The notes beneath the pieces are model-generated. The model worked only from the letters and a program-made list of their open reading frames with translations, made no database searches and was not told the origin of the DNA. The position numbers were made by a program, and so were the translations under genes. From contig CAVYSE010000003.1 of assembly GCA_963771075.1 (NCBI GenBank), forward strand, positions 32,001 to 96,000: a DNA stretch of 64,000 nt, written 5' to 3'. Source of the DNA: a candidate division FCPU426 bacterium. GTDB lineage: Bacteria > Oederibacteriota > Muellerivitia > Muellerivitales > Muellerivitaceae. Each line of letters begins with the position of its first letter. Position 1 is the first letter of the stretch. This document shows positions 52,845 to 63,931 of this stretch, piece after piece.

Positions 52845-53999
52845 CTATTTTTTAGGCACACCGGATACAAGGGACGCGTACAAGTCTCTGGTCTTCTCGG
52901 CGATGGAAGTCCAGCTGAAATATTTCTCCACCCTTTTGCGCCCGTTTTCCCCGTAACGTTGGGCCATGGCCGGATCTTTTAACAGCTTCTTAACGGCCTC
53001 TGCGATCTCGGTAGGTTTGCCAGGCGTGACCAGATACCCCGTCTCATCCGGCACCACCACTTCCAGGATGCCCCCCACGGCCGAAGCGACAACCGGGGTT
53101 CGGCAGGCCATGGCTTCAAGGTTGATGATTCCGAAAGGCTCGTAGATCGAGGGGCAAATGAAAACCCGGGCGGAGCTGTACAATTGGATGACTTCCTCTT
53201 CCTTGAGCATCTTGCGGATCCAAAGGATGTTCTTCTTCGTGCTGGCTTTTTTCGTCATCAGTTCCTCATATTCCTTGGTATCCCCTCCGCCAGCGCATAA
53301 CACGACCTGGCAGGGAATCTGATCCGCGGCGTCGATCAAGTGCTCGATTCCCTTTTGCGGGGTCGTGCGGCCGACATAAAGAACGAAATCATCCTGGATC
53401 CCGTATTCTTTCTTCAAGGAATCGCTCAAGGACGTCTTCACGTATTTATTCAGGTCGATCCCATTATGGATGATCGCGACCTTGTCTTCCGGAACCTTGA
53501 AATGTTTGAGGATATCGGCCTTCATGTCCTTGGAAACGGCCACGATCTTGTCGGCCGATTCGATGGATATCCGCTCGATCCAGGAACTCAACTGGTATCC
53601 CCCCGCCCCCAATTGCTGGTCTTTCCAGGGACGCAGCGGCTCCAGGCTGTGGCAGGTGAGGACGAAGGGCACCTGATAAAGAATCTTGGCCAGGAGACCG
53701 GCGAAGTGGGCATACCAGGTATGGGTGTGGATCACATCCGAATCAAAATCGTCGGAGAGGGACGCCATATTGACCGACATCGTTTCCAATACGGACGAGA
53801 ATTTCTGCTTGTCTTTGAGGTATTCCCAGGGTTTGTAACCCTTGGCGCGGCGGCGGGCCTCCCGCTCGTCCTGTTCGCCGAAACATCGGACATCCACATC
53901 CATTATTTTCATCAACTCTTGGGATAGATATTTGATGTGGATGCCCGCCCCTCCGTAAATGTGCGGCGGATATTCCTTGGTAACCAGGGTAACTTTCAT
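52845..53999 (-). CDS. glgM: GlgM-type alpha-maltose-1-phosphate synthase (GT4, Corynebacterium-family 'glgA')
   Basis: TKEYPPHIYGGAG, HTHTWY, HSLEPLRPWK, PSIYEPFGIINLEAMAC motifs; directly downstream of glgE. Confidence 0.85.
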   Translation of the reverse strand: MKVTLVTKEYPPHIYGGAGIHIKYLSQELMKIMDVDVRCFGEQDEREARRRAKGYKPWEYLKDKQKFSSVLETMSVNMASLSDDFDSDVIHTHTWYAHFAGLLAKILYQVPFVLTCHSLEPLRPWKDQQLGAGGYQLSSWIERISIESADKIVAVSKDMKADILKHFKVPEDKVAIIHNGIDLNKYVKTSLSDSLKKEYGIQDDFVLYVGRTTPQKGIEHLIDAADQIPCQVVLCAGGGDTKEYEELMTKKASTKKNILWIRKMLKEEEVIQLYSSARVFICPSIYEPFGIINLEAMACRTPVVASAVGGILEVVVPDETGYLVTPGKPTEIAEAVKKLLKDPAMAQRYGENGRKRVEKYFSWTSIAEKTRDLYASLVSGVPKK

Positions 54000-54038
54000 T
54001 CTTTCTTCTCCTTGAGGAATTGGGTCAGCGATCCGGGT

Positions 54039-56027
54039 TTAATGCCCAGGGGTGCGGATATAAGCGTCGATGATGGACTCCCATCCGTGTTTTTGAGCTA
54101 GGCCGTCGATCACGAAGTGGAATGCCTCTTCGTAGTTCACTCCCGAGTAAATCTTTGGGGCGATGACTTCCTGAAAGAGGTGGGACATCTGGCGGCGCGC
54201 CAGGATGTCGCTCTTTTTGCCAGCCTGTTCCTGGAATTCGAAAAACAACTTTCCTTTTTCTTCCGCCATGGGCGAGGCCAGATTTCTAGGAACCTTCGCC
54301 CTTCCCGGCCGGAGGCGGAAGATCTGAACGGGTTCGCGCGTCGGGTCCAGCAGCACGTAATTCTCTCGGCCCTTCCAGGCGAAAGTTTTTTCGGTGATTA
54401 ATTCCTCGGCCAGGTAGGTCTCGTCCGATCCCAGCCCCAAATTCTCGACCGGAACAGTAACACGGGAAGTTTGGGTTCCGTTCAAGTTGAAGTTGACAGT
54501 GATCAGTAGGTGGTTTTCGCCCTTGGGATCGGATTTCAAAAATGCAAGGACATGTTCGTTGGTGGAAGGGCAGAATTGGATATTGTCGAAATAACGCAAG
54601 GCGAGGTTTTCCTTGCGGATGCGGTTGACCGCGCCGATATAGTCCTTGATATGTCCCGGGCGGTCCCAATCCCAAACCTTATATTCATACTTTTCGGAAT
54701 GGATGTAGGTTTCCGCATTCGGGTTGGCCGCGTTCTCGCACAGTTCATAGGTGCTGTAGATGCCGTAGGCGGGCGCCAGGGTGGCGGCGAGCCCCAGGCG
54801 CATCTTGAAGGCGGGCCGCCCTTCCCTTTGAAGGATCTCGGGCAGAATATCCGGGGTGTTGCAGAAGAAATTCATCCTGAGAAAATCCTTCACGTAGCTG
54901 GACGTCAGCCGGCCCATATACTCGATCATCTCGTTCTTCGTGTTGCGCCAAGTGAAATAGTTGTAGGACTGGGAAAAACCCAGCTTGGCCAGCAGTTCCA
55001 ATCGCTCATAGTAGGTGAAGGCCTCCGAGAGGAAGAACAGGTCCGGGTTTTCTTTTTTCAGTTCCGGGATGACCCAGTGCCAGAAGTCGTCCGGTTTGGT
55101 GTGGGGATTGTCGATCCGGAAGATGGTCACGCCCTGTTGAATCCAGAAGGAAAAAATATTCTTGAGTTCCTTCCACATCGCGTCCTTATCCGGGGGATAA
55201 AAGTTTAGGAAAACCGTGTCTTCATATTTCTTCGGCGGGTTCTCGGCGTATTGGATGCTCCCATCGGGATTGTGGAAAAACCAGTCTGGATGTTCCTTGA
55301 GCCAGGGATGGTCGTAGGAACAGGTGAGGGCCATGTCCATCGCGATGCGGATCCCCATCTTGTCGGCTTTCTTGACGAATTTCCTGAAATCCTCCAGCGT
55401 TCCCAACTCGGGGTGGATCGCGGTGTGTCCCCCCGTCTCGTCCCCTATGGACCAAACGCAACCCGGGTCTCCCGGCCCGGCCCAAAGGGTGTTATTGGGT
55501 CCCTTGCGATTGGTATGACCAATGGGGTGGATAGGCGCCAGGTAGATCACGTCAAAACCCATGCCCTTGATCTCACCCAAACGTTCCTCACAGTCCTTGA
55601 AAGTGCCGCTCTTACCCGGAACCCTTCCTTGGGATCGGGGGAAAAGCTCATACCAGGCGCCGAAGCGGGCGACCTCGGGCTCCACGAAGACCTCCAAAAT
55701 ATGTTCGTACCCTAACGGTTTGCCGGCATGGCCCGAAGAGGCCTCGACGGTGTATTCGTAAATGCCGGTTTTGGGGAACCGGACGGATCCCCGGTACCTT
55801 TTAAGTTTTCCGGGCATATTCAAGGCTTCCAGTGGTTTTGAGTCCCACTTTTTTTCGCCTTTTTTCCTGTAAAGAAGTAAAACCTCGGAGGGGTTCCCAT
55901 CCAATCCGGCCTCCACCTGAAATTCCAGGTTCAATTCCGTTTTGACAGGGTATTTTCCACCGTCCACTTCGGGGTAAATGTGCCGAAAGGCTAAAGGCCC
56001 GGAACTTTTTGGTTTCTTCATGTTCAA
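54039..56027 (-). CDS. glgE: Alpha-1,4-glucan:maltose-1-phosphate maltosyltransferase
   Basis: WYELFPRS, RKGPNN, YAENPPKKYED, FRIDNPHTKP, LSEAF and NTPDILP motifs. Confidence 0.93.
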   Translation of the reverse strand: MNMKKPKSSGPLAFRHIYPEVDGGKYPVKTELNLEFQVEAGLDGNPSEVLLLYRKKGEKKWDSKPLEALNMPGKLKRYRGSVRFPKTGIYEYTVEASSGHAGKPLGYEHILEVFVEPEVARFGAWYELFPRSQGRVPGKSGTFKDCEERLGEIKGMGFDVIYLAPIHPIGHTNRKGPNNTLWAGPGDPGCVWSIGDETGGHTAIHPELGTLEDFRKFVKKADKMGIRIAMDMALTCSYDHPWLKEHPDWFFHNPDGSIQYAENPPKKYEDTVFLNFYPPDKDAMWKELKNIFSFWIQQGVTIFRIDNPHTKPDDFWHWVIPELKKENPDLFFLSEAFTYYERLELLAKLGFSQSYNYFTWRNTKNEMIEYMGRLTSSYVKDFLRMNFFCNTPDILPEILQREGRPAFKMRLGLAATLAPAYGIYSTYELCENAANPNAETYIHSEKYEYKVWDWDRPGHIKDYIGAVNRIRKENLALRYFDNIQFCPSTNEHVLAFLKSDPKGENHLLITVNFNLNGTQTSRVTVPVENLGLGSDETYLAEELITEKTFAWKGRENYVLLDPTREPVQIFRLRPGRAKVPRNLASPMAEEKGKLFFEFQEQAGKKSDILARRQMSHLFQEVIAPKIYSGVNYEEAFHFVIDGLAQKHGWESIIDAYIRTPGH

Positions 56028-56056
56028 CTCCTGAATTTCATTTCAACGCTTTCATT

Positions 56057-57580
56057 TCAGGGAATCTGCCAGCGTGCCTGCAGGTCGGCGGCGGATAGGG
56101 TTTTTCGCGCCAGCAAGGCCGTCTCCAGGGAGTCACGGAAATCGAGATCGGTTTTTTTGCGGGATTTCAACTTTTTCAAGGGCCAATAGCCGCCTTGGCC
56201 CATAACAAGGCGGTCAGTGGTGACAATCGTGTAGGTTTTCTTTTCAACCAAGGGGTCCCCCCCCACCAAGAGGCGAAGTTTAGGTTCGGTCGCGTCCACG
56301 CTTAGGCCGGAGATTTGGAGAAAACCCGGCTGGCCCTTCATTTCCAGCGATTTCTGGATGGCTCCCCGAAGAAGGGACCCTGTCACTTCCACCGTATAAA
56401 CCGTGTCTTCCTCGGGATAAAGGTTGTAAAGGTCTTGGCGCGTGAAAGGCCCTTGCGCCAGGGGTTTGGAGAGGGTCTCCGTGGGCACAAGGGCCACATC
56501 CGCTCCCGCGCCCTCCTTGAGCGAATCCGCCACGATTTGTCCCAAAAGGCAATCACCCTTCGAGGAGAGAGGCGTGGAAACGGTCGCCAGGACCTGGTCC
56601 AAGGGCTTGTCCACCAGGGCCTTCCGATATTGATCCAAAAGGGTTTTCATTTGCGGGTCTTCGGGAATATCGGCGGTGATGGGAATCATTTGGTAACGGT
56701 AATCCACGATGGCGAACTCGGATTTTTTTGTCTTCCGGTCCCTTTTTCCCTCCACCGATAGGTCAAGCCTTCCCAGGTAAAGGCCACGGTTTCCGGTCTG
56801 GACCAAAAGAGGTCCGACCAGATCCCCCCCCTTGGTCTGGTTGGCGAGGGGTTCCTTCAATATTTTGTCTCCGTCACCGCCGATGATGACGTGCAGGAAA
56901 GAATTATCCTTGGCCAGTTTCATGTCCTGGTCCGGTCCCAGGCGGCTCAAAATAATGAATAGGTCCGCGTCCTTCTTGAAGATGGAATGCAGCCCTTTGA
57001 CGGCCGCGTTTCCTTGAATAAAAGACAGGCCCTCAATGTTCTTTTTGCTGGTCAGGTTTTGAATGTCGGGATTGGAGAGCCCGATCAAACCCACCCGGAC
57101 ACCCGAATACTTGAGCTCGTAATCCTTGACGAAGGGTTGGAGGCCCGCGTGCACATTGGCCGACACCCAGGGGATCCTGAATTTTTTCCGGTACTCCAGG
57201 AGGGTCTTTTTACCGTAGGTCAGGTCCCCTTCCCCCACGGCGAGGGCGTCATAACCCATTTTTTGGATAACGGCGCACATGACCTGGCCCCGGGTCATGT
57301 CGGCGAAAGCTGTTCCCGTCAAAAGGTTCCCGCTATCGACCAAAATAACGGAAGCCTCACCCGCTTCCTGGCGGATCTTGTTGATGAGGGTCATTCGGCG
57401 GGCCACCCCGCCCACCGGCTGGGTCGGATCGGAAAGGGGGAGGGAGTCGATCTGCCCGTTCTCGTCGCCGGTGAATAAAAGGGTCAGTTTGGCTTCAACG
57501 GCGTATAGGGAATGGGATTGAAGGTAAAGGGCAAATGCGCAAAGAAGGAGGAGGCTGGGAAATCTCAAGCGTGGAGCCAT
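56057..57580 (-). CDS. Exported 5'-nucleotidase/UDP-sugar hydrolase-like protein with degenerate metal-binding motifs
   Basis: Signal peptide, GGVARR, DSGN, WVSANV, YLGRLDL and 5'-nucleotidase C-domain (FLQISGL, GQGGY). Confidence 0.75.
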   Translation of the reverse strand: MAPRLRFPSLLLLCAFALYLQSHSLYAVEAKLTLLFTGDENGQIDSLPLSDPTQPVGGVARRMTLINKIRQEAGEASVILVDSGNLLTGTAFADMTRGQVMCAVIQKMGYDALAVGEGDLTYGKKTLLEYRKKFRIPWVSANVHAGLQPFVKDYELKYSGVRVGLIGLSNPDIQNLTSKKNIEGLSFIQGNAAVKGLHSIFKKDADLFIILSRLGPDQDMKLAKDNSFLHVIIGGDGDKILKEPLANQTKGGDLVGPLLVQTGNRGLYLGRLDLSVEGKRDRKTKKSEFAIVDYRYQMIPITADIPEDPQMKTLLDQYRKALVDKPLDQVLATVSTPLSSKGDCLLGQIVADSLKEGAGADVALVPTETLSKPLAQGPFTRQDLYNLYPEEDTVYTVEVTGSLLRGAIQKSLEMKGQPGFLQISGLSVDATEPKLRLLVGGDPLVEKKTYTIVTTDRLVMGQGGYWPLKKLKSRKKTDLDFRDSLETALLARKTLSAADLQARWQIP

Positions 57581-57583
57581 GGT

Positions 57584-57934
57584 CTAAAATTCGCCGACAG
57601 CATCCTGCTCGGTCTTGAGGATATGAAAGAGGCCCGGTAATTCCAACAGGTCGAAAACCTTGTAAATGTCGGGACTGACGTTGGTGATCTTGATGTCCCC
57701 CCTGTTTTTCCGGACATCCTTGATGACACTCATCAAAACGCCGAAACCGGCGCTGGAAATATAGGTCAGTTTCTTCATGTTCAACACGACCTTGTACTGT
57801 TTCTTCTTGAACAAATCTTGGAGGCACGTCTCAAAATTACCGACCGTGTTGATGTCCAAAACTCCCTCTATATCCACCACAGTCACGGCGGTGTTGGACA
57901 TGGCGGAGTGCGTGGATAGGACCAAACTTTCCAT
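57584..57934 (-). CDS. STAS-domain anti-sigma factor antagonist
   Basis: GVLD, LTYISSAGFGVL and FDLLEL motifs; GGAGG RBS. Confidence 0.9.
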   Translation of the reverse strand: MESLVLSTHSAMSNTAVTVVDIEGVLDINTVGNFETCLQDLFKKKQYKVVLNMKKLTYISSAGFGVLMSVIKDVRKNRGDIKITNVSPDIYKVFDLLELPGLFHILKTEQDAVGEF

Positions 57935-58006
57935 TCAAAATCCTCCCAAAAGGGATAATTCCCTGGAACAAAGGGAACCGGGATCATTCCGGGTTCAACG
58001 ATTATT

Positions 58007-58927
58007 TTAAGGCAAAGCTTCTTCGGAAAGCATCGCCTTGGCAAAAAAACCAGCGTCAAAGGCCACCAAATCTTCCAGACCTTCCCCGACTCCCAAGAAT
58101 CGGATGGGAAGCGATAGGCGGTCGGCCAACGCCAGCACAACCCCGCCCTTTGCGGTTCCATCCAGCTTGGTCAATACCAATCCCGTGAGGGACATACCCT
58201 CGTTAAATTCTTTCGCCTGAGGGATGGCGTTCTGGCCCGTATTGGCGTCCAATACCAGCCACCTCTCCTCCGCCATTCCTGGAACTGCCTTCTGGGTAAC
58301 CCGCGCGATTTTATCCAGTTCTTCCATTAAATTGGAACGGTTGTGGAGACGCCCAGCCGTATCCACTATAAAACAATCCATCCCACGGGAAAGCCCTGAT
58401 TTTAACGCATCAAAAATAACCGAGGCGGGGGAAGCCCCATGGGCTCCCCGAACAAACTCTACTTTAGCACGAGAAGACCATTGCGTCAGCTGTTCTTCCG
58501 CTGCCGCCCGAAAAGTATCCCCCGCTACCAATAGGACCTTCCGGCCTTCGTTCGAGTACTTGGCGGCCAATTTACCCGCCGTGGTGGTCTTCCCCGCCCC
58601 ATTGACCCCGCCTAATAGGATCACGGCCGGCTTGGGCAAAACAAAGGGGTGGTCTTGGTAAGTCAGGCGGTGTTCAACCACTTCAATCAATAATTGTCGG
58701 GCGGAAGGAAGGGTAGAGGGGGGTAAAGAACCGGCTTTCTCCACGATTTCCTGGACTATCGCCTTGGCGGTTTCAGTACCCGTATCGCAAAGAATGAGCT
58801 GTTCCTCTAAACGGGAAAGGGTTTCCCGGCTTAAGGGTTGGGAGGAATGGAGAATCTGGCCCAAGCCGGAGGATAATTGTCGGGCGGTTTTTTTTAGGCC
58901 TTCTTTTAATTTTTCAAATAATCCCAT
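58007..58927 (-). CDS. ftsY: Signal recognition particle receptor
   Basis: GVNGAGKTTT, DTFRAAA, DTAGR, TKLDGTAKGG and GVGE motifs. Confidence 0.96.
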   Translation of the reverse strand: MGLFEKLKEGLKKTARQLSSGLGQILHSSQPLSRETLSRLEEQLILCDTGTETAKAIVQEIVEKAGSLPPSTLPSARQLLIEVVEHRLTYQDHPFVLPKPAVILLGGVNGAGKTTTAGKLAAKYSNEGRKVLLVAGDTFRAAAEEQLTQWSSRAKVEFVRGAHGASPASVIFDALKSGLSRGMDCFIVDTAGRLHNRSNLMEELDKIARVTQKAVPGMAEERWLVLDANTGQNAIPQAKEFNEGMSLTGLVLTKLDGTAKGGVVLALADRLSLPIRFLGVGEGLEDLVAFDAGFFAKAMLSEEALP

Positions 58928-58938
58928 CCCCAAACCAC

Positions 58939-60030
58939 CTATCTTTTGGTTAATACCTTTTTCAAAACCTCGGCCACCTTTTCCGGTGCGATCGAATCGC
59001 AAAGGTTATCCCGGGAACGGATCACGAGCGGACGGTGAATCTTCAAGGGCCCCCATTGTCGGGGGTCGCTAGGCCCGAATAAGGCGATCACCCGGGTCAC
59101 CAGGGAGCAGGCGTGGGTCAACCCGCTGTCCCCCGCGATCACCACCGAACACCTTTGGGCCGCGGCCAAGGTCGAGAACAAATCATTCGTGGGTAGGATA
59201 ATGACTCCGGATCGATCCTCAATCGTTTTTTTGAAATTTTCGAGGGCGGATTCCTCACCCTTTCCATGCAAGACCAGCCACTTCAATCCCGGTCGGGCGG
59301 GAAAATAGTTTATCAACTCGGCGAAATGACCCGAATCCCATCGGTTGTCCTTCTTGAGAAGGGTGGGATGGATCCCGATAAGCCGGTCTTTCGGCCCTAA
59401 CCCATGAATCCTCAAAACTTCATCAACTGATTTCCTGGCTTCATTCAAATCCAGCTTGAAAACAAGATTCAGGCCCTGAAATTTGGCGCCGGGATAAAGG
59501 CGGCGGGACAAAAGCATGCTTTTTTGGGATTCATGGAGGAAAAGATCGGGGTTTTCAACTCCCCAATTGAATATTTTGTGGATGATGCCATCCCCCTCGG
59601 CGGAATGGACGAAACCCACCCGGCGGGAGGTTCCCGAGGCCAGGGCCATCAGTCCCGAGGTGGTGGAAAAGGGATAGGAGTGCAGGTCCACGACCGCGTC
59701 AAAGCGCGTGAACAGGATTTTCAGGAAAAGGAAGGTTCGGGAAAAGAAGTTCTTCCGGAAGGTCCAAACGGTAATTTTCGGAAAGAGAAGGCGGGCGATC
59801 GATTCATTGGGTTCACCCGCGACCAAGGTCACCCGGGCGGAAGGTCCCGCCTGTTGGATGAGGGCCACAAGGGCGGGCGCGGACAAAATGAAATCCCCCA
59901 AACGGTCCGGCCTCAGGAGAAGCAGGGACGGGGCGGAAGGCGGGGGTTGTTGACTGTGGGGCAGGCGGACCAGGACGGGCTCTAAAAATAGCCAGAAACC
60001 CTTCTTTGCCATTTTTTCCAGCCGGGACAT
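58939..60030 (-). CDS. Glycosyltransferase family 9 (LPS heptosyltransferase-like)
   Basis: RPDRLGD, IGIHP..KDNRW, GDSGLTH and ALFGPS motifs. Confidence 0.85.
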   Translation of the reverse strand: MSRLEKMAKKGFWLFLEPVLVRLPHSQQPPPSAPSLLLLRPDRLGDFILSAPALVALIQQAGPSARVTLVAGEPNESIARLLFPKITVWTFRKNFFSRTFLFLKILFTRFDAVVDLHSYPFSTTSGLMALASGTSRRVGFVHSAEGDGIIHKIFNWGVENPDLFLHESQKSMLLSRRLYPGAKFQGLNLVFKLDLNEARKSVDEVLRIHGLGPKDRLIGIHPTLLKKDNRWDSGHFAELINYFPARPGLKWLVLHGKGEESALENFKKTIEDRSGVIILPTNDLFSTLAAAQRCSVVIAGDSGLTHACSLVTRVIALFGPSDPRQWGPLKIHRPLVIRSRDNLCDSIAPEKVAEVLKKVLTKR

Positions 60031-60036
60031 TTCGGT

Positions 60037-63000
60037 TTAACCGACCTTGGATTCCTCGGGCCGGTTTTCCTTGAACTTGGTCGAAAGGATCTTGGAGACG
60101 CCCGACTCCTGCATGGTCACCCCGTACATGATGTCCCCCGTTTCCATGCTGACCTTGTTGTGGGTGATCATGATGAACTGCGTTCGCTTGCTGAATTCCT
60201 TGAGCAGGTGGGTGAACCGGCCCACGTTGACGTCGTCCAGCGGCGCGTCGATCTCGTCCAAGCAGGCAGAAGGGGCTGGGTTTGACCATGAAAAGCGCGA
60301 ACAGAAGCGCGATAGCGGTCAGGGCCTTTTCCCCCCCGGATAGCAGGAAAATGGATTGCAGCCTTTTGCCCGGGGGGACGGGCCACGATCTCAATGCCCG
60401 ATTCCAGCACATCCCCCTCGTCGATCAGGATCAACTCCGCCCGTCCCCCCTCGAAAAGGCGCTGGAAGATGTCCTTGAAATTTTCCTGGACGGTGGCGAA
60501 GGTGGATGTGAAAAGTTCCTTGGAGGTCAGGTTGATCTTGTTGATGGCTTTCTGCAGATCGTCCTTGGCCTTGAGCAGGTCCTCCTGCTGTTCGCGTGAG
60601 GAACTTGTAGCGCTGGGAAAGCTCGTCATATTCCTCCATGGCGACCATGTTCACGAGCCCTAACCGCTCGATCTTGGCGCGCAATTCGATGCACTCGGTC
60701 TCGGCCAAGGCCGCGTCAAAATCCTCCTGGGGGGTGACGGGAGGGTTCTCAATATCGACCTTATATTCCACCTGGAGCTTTTCCTCGTAATTACGGATCT
60801 CCACGTTGATCTGGGCTTCCTGCACCGCCAGGCCGTGCATTTCTTTCTGGATCTCCTCCAGCTTAATCCTGGATTTTTTCACCCTCTCGATGCGTTCCTC
60901 AGTTTCGGCGGCGACGGTTTCACGTTTGGCCATGACCGCATGGACCTTGTCATCCGCCTCTTTTTTGGAGTGGGTGAGGCCACCGGCCTTTTGCTCCAGG
61001 TCGGTCAGATCCAGCGATAACTGGCGGTCTTGGCTCTCCAACTGCTGGTTTTCGTCCTTTTTCAGGGCGACCGAATGGGTCAATTGGTCCTGTTCGGTCT
61101 GGTAACGGTCGGCTTCCTCCTGGGCACGAACGGCCATTTCGTCCATGGCCGCCAGTTCCAATTCCGCCTGGACTACCAACCGGGACAATTCCTCCCGCCG
61201 TCCCTGCAGGTTTTGCAGGGATTTGCGCGCCTCGGAGATTTCTTCCTGGGTCAGGTGGTGGGCTTGTTCGCTTTGGGCCAGGAGCACCGAAAGCTGGTCC
61301 ACCCGGTCCTTATCCGCCTGCCAATGGGCTTCCAGGTCTTGGCGTTCTTTCGCCAGCCCCGTTCGTTCCCCCTCCAGTCGGGCCTTGGTTTCCCCGATAC
61401 GGTGAAGTTCCTTTTCAGTCTCGGCCAAGAGGATCTTCAACTGTTGGTTGCGGCCCTCGGAGGCCAAAAGGGCGTCCTCGGTTTCTTTGCGGACCCTTTT
61501 GGAATCGATGAGCTTTTGCTCAGCCGTTTGGATATCCCCCTCCAGTCCCTTGAGGCGGTCGCTCAACTCGGTCATTTCCCGGTGGCGGCCCAAAAGCGAG
61601 AAGCCCGAAACCGCGGACCCGGCTTTCCAGGAACCCTTGGGCCCCTGGCGGTCGCCGTCCCGGGTCACGAAACGCCGGGTGGGATGCTGTTCGCTCAAAC
61701 GTCCCGCCGCGGACCAATCCTCCACCAGGTGCCCATCCCCCAATAAAAACCGGACCATGGGTTCCATCTCCGGTTTGAATTGGACCGATTCGGGCAGGGG
61801 ACCGACATGGCCCTCCCCCGGAGATAGGGCGACGGCTCCGGCGGGGACGAGGTCTTCCAGCACCAACAAGGAAACCTTACCCTGGCCTTCGGCTTTCAAG
61901 AATTCCACGACCTTGGTGGCGGCAACCCGGTTTTGGACGACGAGGGATTGCAGCTGGCTGCCTAACAGGTTTTCCACCGCCCCTTCCATGGATTGGTCCA
62001 CGGAGAGGAGGTCGGCCACCACACCCAGCACTTCCTGCCACATCAGGGGTTCGTTTTGCTTGGCCTGGAGGACCGCCTTCACGCCCGCGTCATAACCCGT
62101 GAGTTTGTCCTGGAGTTCCTGGAGCACGCCGTAACGGGACCTTACCTCGGAACATTGGTTGTTCAACTGGCGCAAGGATGAGTTGATCTCCTCCAATTGG
62201 GTTTCCTGTTGGGAGAGCGAGGTTTGGTAGCCCATGATCGTCTCGACGGTCTGGATCTCCTCGGCTTGGGCATTTGTCTTCGCGAGATGAAATTCTCCCA
62301 GCATGCGGTCGGAATCCGCCACTCCCGTTTCCACGCGGTTCAATTGGTCCACCAGGTCCTGGATGCGCTTGGAGGTTTCGGCGTCCTGGGAACGGAGCGA
62401 GTCCAGCTCGGCGCGCATTTGGGCGGCCTTGGTCACCAGGTCCACCGCGGCGCTATTCTTGCTTTCCAGGTCCTGGTTTTTGGCGCTCAGATCGCCGTCC
62501 AGGGCGGATAATTTCTCGACCAGTCCGCGTTTTTGGGATTCCCTCTCGGCCTTTTGGCTTTCCTTCGAGGCCACCGCCTGGCGCCGTTCGGCGATCCAGG
62601 TCTTGAGGTTCTCGATACGGGCCAGGGCCTCGGCCACCTGCTGTTGATTGCGGGCTCGTTGGTCGGCCAGCAGATCCTTGTGGCGCTTGGTACCCTCCAT
62701 GCGGCCCTGGGTCAACTCCACCTCGCTGTGGACCTTGTAAGCCTGTTCCCTGGTTTGGGCGAGTTCTTCCTCGATCTCGGCCAGGCGGGAACGCTGCTGT
62801 TTTTCATCCTGTTCCAGGTTGTGGGTCTCGGCCTGGGCCCCCTCCATTTTTCCCCGGACCTGGTTCGTCTTGTGCTCCAGGTCCTTCAATTTGTCCTTGA
62901 GCTTGACGGTCTTGTCCAAATGTAAAAGGATCTGGAGCTTGCCCAGCTCTTCCTTGAACTTTCGGTACTTCTCGGCCTGCTTGGCCTGCCGCTCCAGGGT

Positions 63001-63609
63001 GGAGATCTGACGCTTGATCTCGGCGATGATGTCCGCCACGCGCACAAGGTTTTGCTCGGTGGCGTCCAGTTTCCGCAGGGCCTCGACCTTGCGGGCCTTG
63101 TAGCGGGTGATTCCCGCGGCTTCCTCGAAGAGGGCCCGGCGCTCAAGGGGTTTGGAGGTGACGATCTGGTCCATCTTGCCCTGCTCCATGATGGAGTAGG
63201 CGCCGACCCCCAGGCCCGTTCCCATGAACAATTCCCTGACGTCCTTCAAGCGGGCGATGGCCTTGTTGATCAGGTATTCGGATTCCCCGGAACGGTAGAC
63301 CCGGCGGGTGATGGAGATCTCGTTGAATTCCAGGGGCAGGGCCTTGTCGTCGTTGGAAAGGGTCAGGGTCACTTCCGCCATGCTGGCGGGTTTGCGCTGG
63401 TCCGTGCCGTTGAAAATGACGTCGGTCATTTCGGAAGCCCTCAACCCCTTGGCCGATTGTTCCCCCATCACCCATCGGATGCTGTCCGACACGTTGGTTT
63501 TTCCGCAGCCGTTGGGTCCCACCACCGCCGTGATGCCCGGCTCCAGGATCAATTCGGTCTTATCGGCGAAGGATTTGAAGCCGTGGAGTTCAAGTTTTTT
63601 TAGGAACAA
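60037..63609 (-). CDS. smc: Chromosome segregation protein SMC (three 1-bp insertions near 60596, 60374 and 60261)
   Basis: [17 protein letters not shown]-loop, coiled coils and hinge; LSGGEK and DEIDAPLD lie in shifted frames. Confidence 0.95.
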
Positions 63610-63712
63610 TCGGTTTTCTCCGAAAGAATTTTTTAGGTGTGGATCGGTATCGTTGGGACGGAATCAGGTAGGCGAATTTGCCAAAAGGACGAAGTCCAAC
63701 ACGATTGGGCAA

Positions 63713-63741
63713 AATTTAACATTCCCACAGGTTGTTGTCAA
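63713..63741 (-). promoter_or_regulatory. Sigma70 promoter for smc operon
   Basis: TTGACA-17 bp-TAAATT with an extended -10 TG. Confidence 0.7.
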
Positions 63742-63893
63742 AACCTTTTCCACCCCAAAATGTAGTTGAAATGGGCCTTGGCACCTTCGTTGAGGCCTCA
63801 AGCTGAGACTCAAGATTTGGCTGTACCAACGCAAAATAAATTGTTGGTGTGAAGTAAAACTTAGAGACTATAACAAAACCTAATTTCACCACA

Positions 63894-63910
63894 GGCCGCC
63901 TTTGGCGGCC
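63894..63910. other. GC hairpin (terminator- or REP-like)
   Basis: ggccgcc-ttt-ggcggcc flanked by cacag on both sides. Confidence 0.4.
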
Positions 63911-63931
63911 ACAGAGATGAGGACGTTTCGT

